A stretch of 64,000 bases of DNA from Takakia lepidozioides (Eukaryota; Plantae; Bryophyta), in assembly GCA_030704615.1 (NCBI GenBank), contig CM060731.1, positions 18,662,001 through 18,726,000 of the forward strand, given 5' to 3'. Numbering within the stretch: the stretch's first letter is position 1; every line of letters starts with the position of its first letter. The position numbers and the translations under genes were made by a program. Below, one piece after another: positions 63,074-64,000 of this stretch. Below the pieces are notes generated by a model, which did not search any database, was not told the DNA's origin, and saw only the letters and a list, made by a program, of their open reading frames with translations.

Positions 63074-64000
63074 CTACCCTAGTACATATGAATGAATGAA
63101 ATCCTTGGATGAATAGTTCTATGCATGCGTGAGTACGTCTACCAGCCATAGAAGGCCAATATTTTCTTTCCAATGACTTGTATTTCCTCTTATTCTATTT
63201 GCTCTCACTAAAATTTCTGATACTCATGAGTCATAGTGAAAGACTTTTGTGAGAACATTTGAGTCTCCCAGGGATCTCATAGTGAAGAGGGCAGGAACAT
63301 AAGAAGTAAAAAAAAATAGAGAATGAGAGAATGAAGGCACTATTTTTGGGGCAATTTTTACAGTAAGTGATTGGAAAGAACATAAGGCTCCATAACCTCA
63401 ACTCAACCATCACGACTTCAATCACAAGTCATAACCTATATGGCAGGGTTGACAACCAAGTTGTAGCCCGGCGGTAATGGGCACGTACCATCTTGGAAGT
63501 GGTTGTGGGTTTAATCCACCGATTGGTATCACAAAGGTGTCAACCTTCTTAACGGAAGGTAGTAATCCTGTAGGGTCAAGAGACACCATAATTTACGCTT
63601 CTTTGGGCTTGGGGAGGGTTTAAAATTTTGGCATATGTTGTTTTATTTTTTATTTTTATTTTTTAATCTACAAAAAAAACATGCTAAACTTGTTCCCTAT
63701 ATCATGGAAGGAAGTCAGTGTAGTAGGGGATGTGTGTTGTGAGCATACAGTTGCATTAGTTTTGTATTTTCCTTTCACTATAACATATTCACCAACAGTC
63801 ACTAGCTCAGTGGGTTAAGTGCACTAAGTGCCACCCAGATGATTATGGGGTCAAATCTTGCTACTGACGGGTGTGGTATACTCTTCTCCTAAGTTCCTGG
63901 GTGGTCTCCCATTTCTACGCCTCCATGGCGGGGTTAGTGTGAAAGAGGTTATTTTCTCCTCTCACTACAATTAAGGGGCCTGATTTGTACTAGAGAAAGG

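Overview
Eukaryotic, repeat-dense DNA made of nested transposable elements, with no confidently identifiable host gene. A land plant is likely; a non-seed plant is inferred from the Tcn1-like chromovirus and TTTAGGG tracts. The window holds three families of decayed Ty3/Gypsy LTR retrotransposons and a truncated CACTA element. The main result is two complete but diverged ~13 kb Mutator-like (MULE) DNA transposons: A at 15001-28726 and B at 32499-45539, each with a perfect 9-bp TSD and short imperfect TIRs. Each carries a MULE transposase and, head-to-head with it, a spliced ~1300-aa gene. That gene has an N-terminal ParB/Srx-like domain (DGNHR) and a C-terminal beta-class N6A/N4C DNA-methyltransferase-like fold with an atypical DIPD motif. 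The non-coding DNA of both elements (subterminal, intergenic, intronic) is studded with an element-specific palindrome: A has ATTTCGGCGCCGAAAT and B has AATTCGGCGCCGAATT. Most spacings fall near multiples of ~10.5 bp (53, 63-64, 73-75, 83-85, 94-96). This looks like a transposon-borne ParB/parS-like protein-plus-binding-site system, possibly anti-silencing or self-marking. Domain assignments are from motifs read by eye and need profile or structure confirmation.
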